This document shows, piece after piece, positions 1-22,525 of a stretch of 64,000 bases of DNA. The notes under the pieces are model-generated. The model searched no databases. It saw only the letters and a list, made by a program, of their open reading frames with translations, and had not been told where the DNA came from. Numbering within the stretch: position 1 is the first letter of the stretch; each line of letters starts with the position of its first letter. Source of the DNA: Eledone cirrhosa (taxonomy: Eukaryota); the NCBI GenBank assembly GCA_964016885.1, contig OZ024741.1, positions 76,198,001-76,262,000 on the forward strand. The letters are read 5' to 3'. The translations under genes and the position numbers were made by a program.

Positions 1-3000
1 CATACATATGCATACAGGTACACATACATATATGCACGTATCAGTTTAGCGGCGCTAACGTCGCTTTGTTCGTTTGTAAACAAACTGAACAGCCTGAATT
101 TATGCATACGGTGTTAAGGCAACCACGTCACCTTTTTGTTCAACACTGACACAGGAACGATGTACTAGTTTCAAGCTTGTTAGCTATCATCAGCACCGTT
201 TACCCATCTGCCAGATAGTTGAACGTTCGAAAGTATATACTTTCCTTATGAAAATTAACGGCTGAGCAGCCTAATTTGCATATTGAGTGAGTTAAATCGG
301 TCAGGCATACCGAAAACGATAAATTGAAACAAAATGAAAACGAAATTTCATTTCTCACTCTTAGTATGGCACTTACTTAAATGTAAGTATGCATGTATAC
401 GTACATACATATATGTATACAGACGTACAGTAGCATGCACATATATATATATATATACATATATACATACATATGCATACAGGTACACATACATATATGC
501 ACGTATCAGTTTAGCGGCGCTAACGTCGCTTTGTTCGTTTGTAAACAAACTGAACAGCCTGAATTTATGCCATACGGTGTTAAGGCAACCACGTCACCTT
601 TTTGTTCAACACTGACACAGGAACGATGTACTAGTTTCAAGCTTGTTAGCTATCATCAGCACCGTTTACCCATCTGCCAGATAGTTGAACGTTCGAAAGT
701 ATATACTTTCCTTATGAAAATTAACGGCTGAGCAGCCTAATTTGCATATTGAGTGAGTTAAATCGGTCAGGCATACCGAAAACGATAAATTGAAACAAAA
801 TGAAAACGAAATTTCATTCTCACTCTTAGTATGGCACTTACTTAAATGTAAGTATGCATGTATACGTACATACATATATGTATACAGACGTACAGTAGCA
901 TGCACATATATATATATATATACATATATACATACATATGCATACAGGTACACATACATATATGCACGTATCAGTTTAGCGGCGCTAACGTCGCTTTGTT
1001 CGTTTGTAAACAAACTGAACAGCCTGAATTTATGCCATACGGTGTTAAGGCAACCACGTCACCTTTTTGTTCAACACTGACACAGGAACGATGTACTAGT
1101 TTCAAGCTTGTTAGCTATCATCAGCACCGTTTACCCATCTGCCAGATAGTTGAACGTTCGAAAGTATATACTTTCCTTATGAAAATTAACGGCTGAGCAG
1201 CCTAATTTGCATATTGAGTGAGTTAAATCGGTCAGGCATACCGAAAACGATAAATTGAAACAAAATGAAAACGAAATTTCATTTCTCACTCTTAGTATGG
1301 CACTTACTTAAATGTAAGTATGCATGTATACGTACATACATATATGTATACAGACGTACAGTAGCATGCACATATATATATATATATACATATATACATA
1401 CATATGCATACAGGTACACATACATATATGCACGTATCAGTTTAGCGGCGCTAACGTCGCTTTGTTCGTTTGTAAACAAACTGAACAGCCTGAATTTATG
1501 CCATACGGTGTTAAGGCAACCACGTCACCTTTTTGTTCAACACTGACACAGGAACGATGTACTAGTTTCAAGCTTGTTAGCTATCATCAGCACCGTTTAC
1601 CCATCTGCCAGATAGTTGAACGTTCGAAAGTATATACTTTCCTTATGAAAATTAACGGCTGAGCAGCCTAATTTGCATATTGAGTGAGTTAAATCGGTCA
1701 GGCATACCGAAACGATAAATTGAAACAAAATGAAAACGAAATTTCATTTCTCACTCTTAGTATGGCACTTACTTAAATGTAAGTATGCATGTATACGTAC
1801 ATACATATATGTATACAGACGTACAGTAGCATGCACATATATATATATATATACATATATACATACATATGCATACAGGTACACATACATATATGCACGT
1901 ATCAGTTTAGCGGCGCTAACGTCGCTTTGTTCGTTTGTAAACAAACTGAACAGCCTGATTTATGCCATACGGTGTTAAGGCAACCACGTCACCTTTTTGT
2001 TCAACACTGACACAGGAACGATGTACTAGTTTCAAGCTTGTTAGCTATCATCAGCACCGTTTACCATCTGCCAGATAGTTGAACGTTCGAAAGTATATAC
2101 TTTCCTTATGAAAATTAACGGCTGAGCAGCCTAATTTGCATATTGAGTGAGTTAAATCGGTCAGGCATACCGAAAACGATAAATTGAAACAAAATGAAAA
2201 CGAAATTTCATTTCTCACTCTTAGTATGGCACTTACTTAAATGTAAGTATGCATGTATACGTACATACATATATGTATACAGACGTACAGTAGCATGCAC
2301 ATATATATATATATATACATATATACATACATATGCATACAGGTACACATACATATATGCACGTATCAGTTTAGCGGCGCTAACGTCGCTTTGTTCGTTT
2401 GTAAACAAACTGAACAGCCTGAATTTATGCCATACGGTGTTAAGGCAACCACGTCACCTTTTTGTTCAACACTGACACAGGAACGATGTACTAGTTTCAA
2501 GCTTGTTAGCTATCATCAGCACCGTTTACCCATCTGCCAGATAGTTGAACGTTCGAAAGTATATACTTTCCTTATGAAAATTAACGGCTGAGCAGCCTAA
2601 TTTGCATATTGAGTGAGTTAAATCGGTCAGGCATACCGAAAACGATAAATTGAAACAAAATGAAAACGAAATTTCATTTCTCACTCTTAGTATGGCACTT
2701 ACTTAAATGTAAGTATGCATGTATACGTACATACATATATGTATACAGACGTACAGTAGCATGCACATATATATATATATATACATATATACATACATAT
2801 GCATACAGGTACACATACATATATGCACGTATCAGTTTAGCGGCGCTAACGTCGCTTTGTTCGTTTGTAAACAAACTGAACAGCCTGAATTTATGCCATA
2901 CGGTGTTAAGGCAACCACGTCACCTTTTTGTTCAACACTGACACAGGAACGATGTACTAGTTTCAAGCTTGTTAGCTATCATCAGCACCGTTTACCCATC

Positions 3001-3685
3001 TGCCAGATAGTTGAACGTTCGAAGTATATACTTTCCTTATGAAAATTAACGGCTGAGCAGCCTAATTTGCATATTGAGTGAGTTAAATCGGTCAGGCATA
3101 CCGAAAACGATAAATTGAAACAAATGAAAACGAAATTTCATTTCTCACTCTTAGTATGGCACTTACTTAAATGTAAGTATGCATGTATACGTACATACAT
3201 ATATGTATACAGACGTACAGTAGCATGCACATATATATATATATATACATATATACATACATATGCATACAGGTACACATACATATATGCACGTATCAGT
3301 TTAGCGGCGCTAACGTCGCTTTGTTCGTTTGTAAACAAACTGAACAGCCTGAATTTATGCCATACGGTGTTAAGGCAACCACGTCACCTTTTTGTTCAAC
3401 ACTGACACAGGAACGATGTACTAGTTTCAAGCTTGTTAGCTATCATCAGCACCGTTTACCCATCTGCCAGATAGTTGAACGTTCGAAAGTATATACTTTC
3501 CTTATGAAAATTAACGGCTGAGCAGCCTAATTTGCATATTGAGTGAGTTAAATCGGTCAGCATACCGAAACGATAAATTGAAACAAAATGAAAACGAAAT
3601 TTCATTTCTCACTCTTAGTATGGCACTTACTTAAATGTAAGTATGCATGTATACGTACATACATATATGTATACAGACGTACAGT
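1..3685 (-). repeat. 466-bp tandem array (about 8 units, open at window start); one hammerhead motif per unit on the minus strand
   Basis: Near-identical units recur every 464-466 bp (AACGATGTACTAG at 156, 622, 1087, 1553, 2017, 2482, 2948, 3412). Confidence 0.97.
156..200 (-). ncRNA. Minimal type I hammerhead ribozyme motif (identical core copies at 622-666, 1087-1131, 1553-1597, 2017-2061, 2482-2526, 2948-2992, 3412-3456)
   Basis: Minus strand reads AACGGTG-CTGATGA-T-AGCT-AACA-AGCT-T-GAAAC-TA-GTA/CATCGTT: conserved cores, 7-bp stem I, 4-bp stem II, palindromic minimal stem III (ACTAGT), GUA cleavage triplet. Confidence 0.85.
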
Positions 3686-5779
3686 GTTGAACAAAAAGGT
3701 GACGTGGTTGCCTTAACACCGTATGGCATAAATTCAGGCTGTTCAGTTTGTTTACAAACGAACAAAGCGACGTTAGCGCCGCTAAACTGATACGTGCATA
3801 TATGTATGTGTACCTGTATGCATATGTATGTATATATGTATATATATATATATATGTGCATGCTACTGTACGTCTGTATACATATATGTATGTACGTATA
3901 CATGCATACTTACATTTAAGTAAGTGCCATACTAAGAGTGAGAAATGAAATTTCGTTTTCATTTTGTTTCAATTTATCGTTTTTCGGTATGCCTGACCGA
4001 TTTAACTCACTCAATATGCAAATTAGGCTGCTCAGCCGTTAATTTTCATAAGGAAAGTATATACTTTCGAACGTTCAACTATCTGGCAGATGGGTAAACG
4101 GTGCTGATGATAGCTAACAAGCTTGAAACTAGTACATCGTTCCTGTGTCAGTGTTGAACAAAAAGGTGACGTGGTTGCCTTAACACCGTATGGCATAAAT
4201 TCAGGCTGTTCAGTTTGTTTACAAACGAACAAAGCGACGTTAGCGCCGCTAAACTGATACGTGCATATATGTATGTGTACCTGTATGCATATGTATGTAT
4301 ATATGTATATATATATATATATGTGCATGCTACTGTACGTCTGTATACATATATGTATGTACGTATACATGCATACTTACATTTAAGTAAGTGCCATACT
4401 AAGAGTGAGAAATGAAATTTCGTTTTCATTTTGTTTCAATTTATCGTTTTCGGTATGCCTGACCGATTTAACTCACTCAATATGCAAATTAGGCTGCTCA
4501 GCCGTTAATTTTCATAAGGAAAGTATATACTTTCGAACGTTCAACTATCTGGCAGATGGGTAAACGGTGCTGATGATAGCTAACAAGCTTGAAACTAGTA
4601 CATCGTTCCTGTGTCAGTGTTGAACAAAAAGGTGACGTGGTTGCCTTAACACCGTATGGCATAAATTCAGGCTGTTCAGTTTGTTTACAAACGAACAAAG
4701 CGACGTTAGCGCCGCTAAACTGATACGTGCATATATGTATGTGTACCTGTATGCATATGTATGTATATATGTATATATATATATATATGTGCATGCTACT
4801 GTTACGTCTGTATACATATATGTATGTACGTTATACATGCATACTTACATTTAAGTAAGTGCCATACTAAGAGTGAGAAATGAAATTTCGTTTTCATTTT
4901 GTTTCAATTTATCGTTTTCGGTATGCCTGACCGATTTAACTCACTCAATATGCAAATTAGGCTGCTCAGCCGTTAATTTTCATAAGGAAAGTATATACTT
5001 TCGAACGTTCAACTATCTGGCAGATGGGTAAACGGTGCTGATGATAGCTAACAAGCTTGAAACTAGTACATCGTTCCTGTGTCAGTGTTGAACAAAAAGG
5101 TGACGTGGTTGCCTTAACACCGTATGGCATAAATTCAGGCTGTTCAGTTTGTTTACAAACGAACAAAGCGACGTTAGCGCCGCTAAACTGATACGTGCAT
5201 ATATGTATGTGTACCTGTATGCATATGTATGTATATATGTATATATATATATATATGTGCATGCTACTGTACGTCTGTATACATATATGTATGTACGTAT
5301 ACATGCATACTTACATTTAAGTAAGTGCCATACTAGAGTGAGAAATGAAATTTCGTTTTCATTTTGTTTCAATTTATCGTTTTCGGTATGCCTGACCGAT
5401 TTAACTCACTCAATATGCAAATTAGGCTGCTCAGCCGTTAATTTTCATAAGGAAAGTATATACTTTCGAACGTTCAACTATCTGGCAGATGGGTAAACGG
5501 TGCTGATGATAGCTAACAAGCTTGAAACTAGTACATCGTTCCTGTGTCAGTGTTGAACAAAAAGGTGACGTGGTTGCCTTAACACCGTATGGCATAAATT
5601 CAGGCTGTTCAGTTTGTTTACAAACGAACAAAGCGACGTTAGCGCCGCTAAACTGATACGTGCATATATGTATGTGTACCTGTATGCATATGTATGTATA
5701 TATGTATATATATATATATATGTGCATGCTACTGTACGTCTGTATACATATATGTATGTACGTATACATGCATACTTAC
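3682..5779 (+). repeat. Inverted continuation of the 466-bp array (about 4.5 units); hammerhead on plus strand
   Basis: Reverse complement of the same unit, joined through shared CAGT at 3682-3685; runs out into (TA)n at ~5780. Confidence 0.97.
4097..4141 (+). ncRNA. Minimal type I hammerhead ribozyme motif (copies at 4563-4607, 5031-5075, 5496-5540)
   Basis: CTGATGA 4104-4110, GAAAC 4125-4129, GTA 4132-4134; stem I AACGGTG/CATCGTT extended by GGG/CCT, CTGGCA/TGTCAG and GTTCAAC/GTTGAAC. Confidence 0.85.
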
Positions 5780-11760
<5,981 letters not shown>

Positions 11761-11764
11761 TATC

Positions 11765-13480
11765 ATAATCATCATCATCGTTTAACGTCTATATTCCACA
11801 CTTGCATGGGTTTGGACGGGAGTTTTCCCACTTGAGGCAAGAGTGGTTGTCTTGCTCGCATAGGACTGTCTGGCGGGTTTTCTACACCAACATACTTTAC
11901 ATTGAAAGGGGCGGTGTGGATGGGGTGGGGGTGGTGGGACGGGGGTGTATTTTGTTAGAGATGCCTACTGACTGTAGTAGGTTTTACTTTGTATTTAGGT
12001 AAGGCAGGTCTTCTCTATTACTGAGTACTGCCAAAGATCTCGCTCCAGTGACATTGTCTTGGAGAGGTGTAAGTGTGTGAGGTCGGAATTTATCAAGTCG
12101 TCCCAGGTTTTTCTGGGTCTGCCTACTCCGTGGCTACCATCTATCTTTATTGCCCTGCACTTTTTTATACAGCTGTCGTCTTTCATGCGCATCACGTGAC
12201 CATACCAACGTAGCCTTCTCTCGAGTAAACAACATCTGATCCCTCTTATTTCTAATTTTTCCCTTAGTTCGTTAATGCTTTGCCGTTCACGTATATTACT
12301 ATTACACATCCAGCGGAGCATGCAAGCTTCGTTCCTCTCTAGTCTGCCTATATCCTCTGCACACAATGCCCAGGTCTCACCGCCATGCAACATTGCTGTT
12401 CGTATGCAGGCATCATACAACCTGCCTTTCATTTTTAGTGAGAACCCTTTAGCAGCTAATAGTGTTATAAGCTCTCTGAACTTTTTCCATCCAGTTCTGA
12501 CTCTAGCTACTGTACTTTCAGAGCACCCTCCCCCACTGCTGATTTTGTCACCCAGGTAACGGAAGCTGTCCACTATTTCTATAGAACCCTCTGCGCAATT
12601 GAAAGAGCTAGTATTTTGTGTGCACTTGCTGCTACTTATTGCACCAGAGCACCGACCACATGTAAAATCTATGTTCTTAGTTAGCTTACCTGTGATCCCA
12701 CTACGTCTTTTATGCACCCATACTTTGCATTTGGGACATAAAATGGAGTTTCTACCTACGCCTTTCCTACACACTGAGCATGGCCATTTCCCGGAAGGGA
12801 CCGGCGCCTTATTTTCTTTCCAACAAACTAGAACTTTAGTCTTAGCCAGGTTAATTTTAAGGCCTTTTGATTCTAGGCCGTACTTCCATGTTTGGAATTT
12901 CTTCTCTAGCTCGGCCATTGATTCAGCTATGAGCGTTAGATCATCTGCGTATAGGAGTTCCCATGGGCAGCCGGTCTTGAACTCCATTGTTATAGCCTGA
13001 AGGGCAATAATAAATAGTAGTGGGCTAAGAACAGAGCCCTGATGAACACCAACTTTTACACTAAACTCTTCACTATATACGTTGTTAATTCTAACCTTGC
13101 TGACTGTTTCTATATACATGGCTTGTATAGCTCTCACAAGCCATTCGTCAACACCTAGTTTTCTAAGAGCCCACCAGATAATGGAACGGGGGACTTTGTC
13201 GAAGGCTTTCTCCAAGTCAACAAAAGCTAAGTATAGGGGTTTACTTTTAGCTAGGTACTTCTCCTGTAGTTGTCGTACAATAAAAAGAGCGCCTGTGGTA
13301 CTTTTGCCTGACACAAACCCGAACTGCATTTCATCTAGATCAATTCTCTCTCTGATTAGTTGCGCTATTACTTTTTTCGTGACCTTCATGACCTGGTCGA
13401 TTAATTTAATGCCTCTATAGTTACTCCTATCTAGGGCATCTCCTTTACCCTTGTAACAGTTAATGATGATGCTAATACGC
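11765..13480 (-). mobile_element. 5'-truncated RTE-clade LINE (subfamily B): RT region, PHD-like finger, 3' UTR, (GAT)n tail
   Basis: ORF ending at 11995 has [25 protein letters not shown] and RLRWYGHV; tail appears as (ATC)n on plus strand. Confidence 0.93.
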
Positions 13481-14321
<841 letters not shown>

Positions 14322-15057
14322 TGTTATACTTTGCGTGTGTTTCTTATTGGCAACATGACCCTCCCAAAGTATAACAATATCGGTTTCAACACACGATTTC
14401 AGATAAAGAATCTTGCTAAACAAATTCAGAAACGAAATGTATATATATATATAGTAGAATAATCGAGTATTGAAAAATCGGTGCACGAGTTCACAATTAA
14501 CAAAATTTGAGATGAGCGGCAGAGGGCTCTATAATTCAAATAAATCAGAGCTATAACTATCGTTAAAATACCGTCACACGTAGAATATGTCTACAATCAA
14601 CCAAACAACCGAAAAATTGCGATATGGAAGATTCGGGACACTCAGATAAATTATCAATGAATCAATAAATCAAATGAATGTAAAAAGCATACCCGGACCC
14701 ACTAGAGAGATGGTATATCTAGCTTCTTGGGTTTCTGTAAATCCTTAAACCGTCCTCTATCAGCTCACATAAAAATATAAGACTTACAAACGACGGGGGA
14801 CTGGAGTTACTTCTTCAACGAGCTTTAGTCCGAACGGATGAAAAGACAAGACCCAGGCTGAAAATACGCACATGGATTTCAGCAAGGGAGATAACCTTTA
14901 TATCCGCAAAAAATATTCGGGAAAATGTGGAATAACACATATCGAATAAGAGTGCTCAATAGACATGTTAAAATAAACAGGAGCTATTCATCATTTAATA
15001 GAATCGACAAAAAATGAACAATAAAATTAACTGGTCAATAGCTAGGTCTAGAGCTAA

Positions 15058-16965
<1,908 letters not shown>

Positions 16966-19610
16966 CCTTAGAAGAGGTCCTTGAAAAACTGGACCAGGGT
17001 CTCAACATTCTACTGCTGGGAGACTTCAACCTGCCAAAGGTCAAATGGCCTGAGGGCCACCTCCTCTCTGGAATGACGTCAATAGAACAGAGACAGACGG
17101 AATCCCTGCTGGCTCTCACACACAGGCTGTTCATGGAACAAGCAGTACTCCTCCCAACAAGAGGCAAAAATGTCCTGGACCTTTGTTTTACAAACAACGA
17201 AGTGCTCATCCATAATGTAAAGGTAACACCAACAATTTTCTCGGATCATAACTTAGTAGAACTAATGATATGTGGTCCGAGAGAACCAACAGACACACAA
17301 CCATCAAGAAGCACCGGGACGTTATCCAGCCTTAACTTCTACAAGGCTAACTGGAAAAAGATCAAGAGAGAAATCCGGAAGCAAATATGGAGCAAAAACA
17401 CTGCCACACAAGACACCAACACACAATTTCAACACTTCATGACAATGATTCACACTATATGCAAGAAGTTTGTCCCGGAGAAAAAGGCAAACAGACACAA
17501 AAATCTTATTCCCTGAGATAGGAAAATGCTTATGAGATGTAGAACCAAGCTCTCAAACCAGTTGAATGCACAACAAGAAAACAAAAACAAGAAGCAATCC
17601 TATTTGAAATGTGCACTACTTGACACCGAGATTGCACTCAAACTTTCCCTTGAAAATGAGAGGGAAAAGAAAGAAAGCAGGGCCATAGAAAACATTAAAA
17701 CAAACTCTAAGGCCTTCTTCAAATTTGCAAAAGAAACTGCAAGATTGGGCCACTCTTCCATACAGACGGTTCATTAACCGAGAATCCCCAAGAGATATGT
17801 GAAATACTGAACGAACAGTACAAAAGTGTGTTCACATGTCCACTGAGGCACATGCAAATAACAAAGCCAGAGGAGTTCTTTGATGCCACAACACTACATG
17901 AAGAAATGGCGACCATCAACCACATACACATAACGGAGGAGGATGTGGTATATGCCATAGATGAAATTAGAACAGACTCAGCTGCTGGACCTGATGGATT
18001 CCCAGCAGTCCTCTTAAAAACCTGTAAGCGGACCTTAGCAACTCCACTGAAGACTCTCTTCAGAAGCTTCTTGGCTAGCAGTATACTACCCAGGGAGCTG
18101 AAAGAAGGCACAATATGCCCTATCCATAAAGGAGGTAGCAGAGCGAAGGCCAAAAACTATAGCCCAGTCTCCCTGACACTGCATATCAGTAAGGTCATGG
18201 AGCGAGTCGTCAGAAAGAAACTGATCACTTTCCTCGAGGAAAATGACCGCCTGACTAGCACGCAGCATGGCTTCCACCCAGAAAGAAGCCACCTTACACA
18301 GCTGCTACATGACTACGACTGGGTACTGAAGCAACTGCTAGTCAGCTCACATGTGGACATGATATATCTTGACTTTGCGAAGGCCTTTGACAAGGTCAAC
18401 CAGGGAATGATATGTCACAAACTACACGGACTCGGCATAACTGGAAAAGTAGGTGAGTGGCTGCATGACTTCTTAAAGGACAGAAGCCAGACAGTCACAG
18501 CAAACGGGGCTCTCTCAAAGGAAACTTCAATAACAGGTGGGTTGCCCCAGGGACAGTCCTGGGACAATTACTGTTTTTGGTGGCTCTCTCAGACATGCGC
18601 TCTGTAGTTCATACAACATCCCTCACTAGCTATGCTGATGACACTAAGGTAGCACAGGCAATCAAAAACCCGGCTGACGCTGCCCTTTTACAACAAGATC
18701 TGGATGCCATATACAAATGGGCGGAAGAAAACAACATGCAGTTTAATGCTGGCAAATTCCAAGCCCTACAATACAAACCTGCAAACACAAATACAATACA
18801 ACACAGTTACGCAGGACCAGGAGGGACCGATATCCCTGTGTCAAAATCGATACGAGACCTGGGTATAGACATGAACGATGATGCATCTTTTTCCTCACAC
18901 ATCATGAAAGTGGCGACAATGTGCAGACGACTTGCTGGCTGGATCTTGAGGACTTTCCCGACAAGAGACCGAGACACCATGTTGACACTATGGAGGACCT
19001 TTGTCCTAAGCCGCCTGGACTGTTGCTCCCAGTTGTGGTCACCCCATAGTGTGAAACTAACCACAGAGCTTGAGGCAATCCAGCGAAGCTACACCAAGAG
19101 GATTGCCACGATGAAGGAGATAAGCTACTGGGAGAGGCTAAAAGAACTGAACCTCTACTCCTTGGAACGAAGACGGGAGAGATATGCAGTGATCTACATG
19201 TGGAAAATCCTGGAGGGACTAGCACCAAACTTTGGCATTGGGAGCTGGACCAACCGTCGAACAGAACGTCACTGTGTGGTGCCAAAGGTCTCGTCTTCCA
19301 CATCTAGAATAAGGAGCAGGTATTGCAATATCCTGGGATTCAAGGGCCCTCAACTCTTCAACAAGCTGCCGAGAGATCTGAGAGATTTGCATGGTGTGGA
19401 GGTGGATGTCTTCAAAAAACATCTCGACACCTTGCTATCCAGGATCCCGGATGAGCCCACAGCAAGGCACGAGGGAAACCTAAGGGCAGCAGCAACAAAC
19501 TCCCTCTTACACCAGTGGCCAACCAATACAGGCTGGAGATAAAATGTGTAGCAACAAGGGCGGTGCCCCAGCATGGCCTCAGCCGTATGGCTGGAACAGG
19601 TAAAAGAGTA
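16966..19610 (+). mobile_element. 5'-truncated CR1/L2-group LINE with frameshifted APE-RT ORF
   Basis: LLLGDFNLP, PTRGKNVLDL, SDHNLV (APE C-terminus); AAGPDG, YLDFAKAFDKV, SYADDTK, SLERRRER (RT and C-terminus) across ORF pieces 16836-19542. Confidence 0.9.
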
Positions 19611-20320
19611 TACATATATATCTATATATATATACTCACATATATCATCATCATCACCGTTTTACATCCATTCTTCCACATATACATGATGATGATAGCT
19701 CTATTGTTGCACTCCACCCTCTCTATAGATGAACTATGATGTATAGAAAATGAATAAAAATGTGTGCATGTGTGTATATTTTTAGGTGTAAGTAGTAATA
19801 TTCTTCTTTTGTCAATTCTTTATCTACACCCACAACTCAACTCCCCCTCCTTCAAATACACATTCACATGATTTATTTCTATTTGTTGTTTTTTTTCCTT
19901 TGTTTCTATCTCTCTCTCTCTCTCTCTCTCTGTGTTCTTCCTCCTTCCTTTCCTCTTATGCAGTTTGCTCCCTCCCTCTTTCCTCACCTGCCTTTCTTCC
20001 CCCCATAATTTATAATAGATATTTCCCTTTTTTCCACCTGTCTACTTGCTTATATATTATATACTTGCTGAGTAGACTGTTGACTAGAGGGGGGAAAAGT
20101 TTTTTAAAAGAGATCAAAAAGAAAAAGAACCTACACAAAATTATACATACACATTAATATATATATATATATATAAACATAACACCAATTACTTCTCTCA
20201 TAACAGTTAAAAGACTGTAAAATATACCCACATTTGTTTTCATTTTGAAAAGCAAATAAAAACAAAACAACTTGCTAGTCTTTTCCTAACTTACCTTTAT
20301 TTATCTTTTTGGATTACAAG

Positions 20321-20483
20321 GGAGATTTTTTTCTATTGAGGAGAATGGGAGTTCGTGGCCACCAATTGCCTGGAGCTGTGCCTGTCTTGCAGCCTTTTAA
20401 CATCAGAAATTCTTTTTCAAATTTCAGAAATGACTACGACCCTCATCCAACCAGGGCATTTAACTATAACAGAAATTCTGGAG
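20321..20483 (+). other. Possible host exon
   Basis: Preceded by CTAAC, a pyrimidine tract and AG; ends GAG|GTAGGA; open frame (MGVRGHQLPG...RNSG); no recognised homology. Confidence 0.3.
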
Positions 20484-21882
20484 GTAGGATTATTCATACA
20501 TACTTCATCTTTAAACATCTTTCATTTATTTCCTTCTTCTCTCTGTTAGTTTCTTTCTTTCATTCTTATTTTCATTCTTTTTTTCTTTCTCTCTCTTTCT
20601 GTATTTTATTTCTTTCATTATTAATTTGTTATTTATTTCCTAAATTTATTTCTCCAATGTTTGCTCCCAGGTGTATGTAGACATTGTGTTGCTTTTTTGT
20701 TCCTGTTTTTTTTTAGATCTATCCCTGAACATTGACATAGACACATTCTTTGGATTAAACCAGATTTAATATATTTTAATATTAGTGAATGAGGACTCAA
20801 TACCATAGTAGAGATTAAATCTTTTGTTGCCGTATTTCTAAAGAAGTACACTGTGGATGTGTTCATTGAATTTTTAAGATAATCAAAAATTTGGTGGAAT
20901 TTATATTAAAATAACTTTTTCATTCGTAAATAGATGTTTGGAACATTACTTAAATGTATGATGGAATGTTTTAATATAAGTATATATTAAAATTAGCAGT
21001 TTTCTATCATAAAACTAAGGCAGTTTCAGGTGGGTTGGTATAAAAAGGGTTAATATTTGAAAGTTTAAGGTTGATCCAGTTACCTGTTACTGTATAACCA
21101 ATGTGTATATATATATATATATATGGTGGTAGTGCTGGAGTCACAATAAAAGCACCCAGCCCATTCTGTATGGTGGTAGTGCCAGAGTCACGATAAAATA
21201 CTCTCAGTAAAACACTGTGAAGTGTTTGATATCCAGCTGTAGAAACCAAGTTAAAATGAAGCTTACAAGCAGGACCTAGGCACTTGACCAATGCAGCCTC
21301 AGTGCATGACTAGTCTAACCCATGGAAAATAAACATTAACAATAATGATAATTATGATGTGTATATTAAGCTATGTATTACATTACTATGCATTACCATG
21401 TATTGCATTACTGAAGCATGGAACAAACTCCCTGCATCAGTTGTTAGCTGTCAAGACACTGCATCCTTTAAAACCTCCATGCTTCCTGAGATTTGCCAAC
21501 ACTACACCTAATATTCCCCTCCATACACACGCACACATGTATATCATGACTCATTCACTTCCCTGACATTTGTACATTATTCTATGTACTATACATGCAC
21601 CTTTGATGAGTTGTAGTGCACCTGAGCACTGTACACAATAATTTCATTATTATTATTTATATATGGGACCTATTTAACTCTTAGCATCATGTAATGGTTT
21701 AGCGTAAAATATTTAAAAACTAGTTTAATTCAAATGTTTATAATATCTGTACTAGTGGACAGATTGTTGTGAAAATTTGCTGCAAACTAAAATAAAGACT
21801 TTAATTTCTAATGTGGTGCAAGCATTGTGTTGTTTTGCTAATATGTTTTTATGTGGTACAGGCCATTAAGAGTTAATTTGAA

Positions 21883-22052
21883 TCATCATCATTTTACATC
21901 CGCTTTTCCCTGCTTGCAAGGGTAGGACGGGTTCTCTTCAGCACAGCACCTCTCCATTTGTCACGGTCCTTCGTCACCTCCTCTGTGAGCTTCAGCGATC
22001 TAAGGTCAGCTCTCACCACCTCCACCCATGGTTTTCGTGGTCTTCCTCTACT
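21883..22052 (-). mobile_element. Short RTE 3'-end fragment (related copy at 43959-44105)
   Basis: Encodes RGRPRKPW...DL...DRDKWR and has an (ATC)n tail. Confidence 0.7.
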
Positions 22053-22114
22053 GAATATAAGCCGACCCCCTATTTTATGTCTGAGAAATGAACAAAAACT
22101 CAAACCCCATTAAT

Positions 22115-22525
22115 AAGTCTTCTTCTTTATGTTTATTCCTGTGAGAGGCTCGTTAGGGCAGAGTCCTCAAACACTCCTTCCAGCAGATCTTATCAGAAGC
22201 AACTGATCCGGCTGGATCTCCAAGTGAGACCAGCCAATCTCATGGAAGTATCTAACCTTCTTGCTCTGGGTCTCCTGCCAGTTGGTTTTGCCCGTAAAAT
22301 CTGTCCATAGTATTGGAGCTGTGATCTTTCAACTCAGAGAAGTAGCGTCTCTACCTGTAGTGACTCTCTGATCTCCGAGCTACACACTCTATTGAGTAAC
22401 TTTCTTCAAAGATCCTTTGGAGGAACCCCATTTCAGCCGCTTGCATTCACAATCATATTCTTTCGGTCATTTCCCAAATTCATGACCATAGGTAAGGGTT
22501 GGTGCAAATACAAGCTGAAGCAGCT
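22115..22525 (-). mobile_element. Degraded RTE (Rex3/Expander-like) 3' fragment
   Basis: Reverse complement resembles 33440-33890 (PTLTYGHE motif region). Confidence 0.6.

Noticed and set aside
334-731. 93-112 aa ORFs repeated in each 466-bp unit
   Set aside because: Low-complexity, open in several frames, disrupted by indels in some units, no recognisable domain.
14693-14734. Second minus-strand mini-exon
   Set aside because: Would need a 53-nt intron and gives an early stop in the joined frame.
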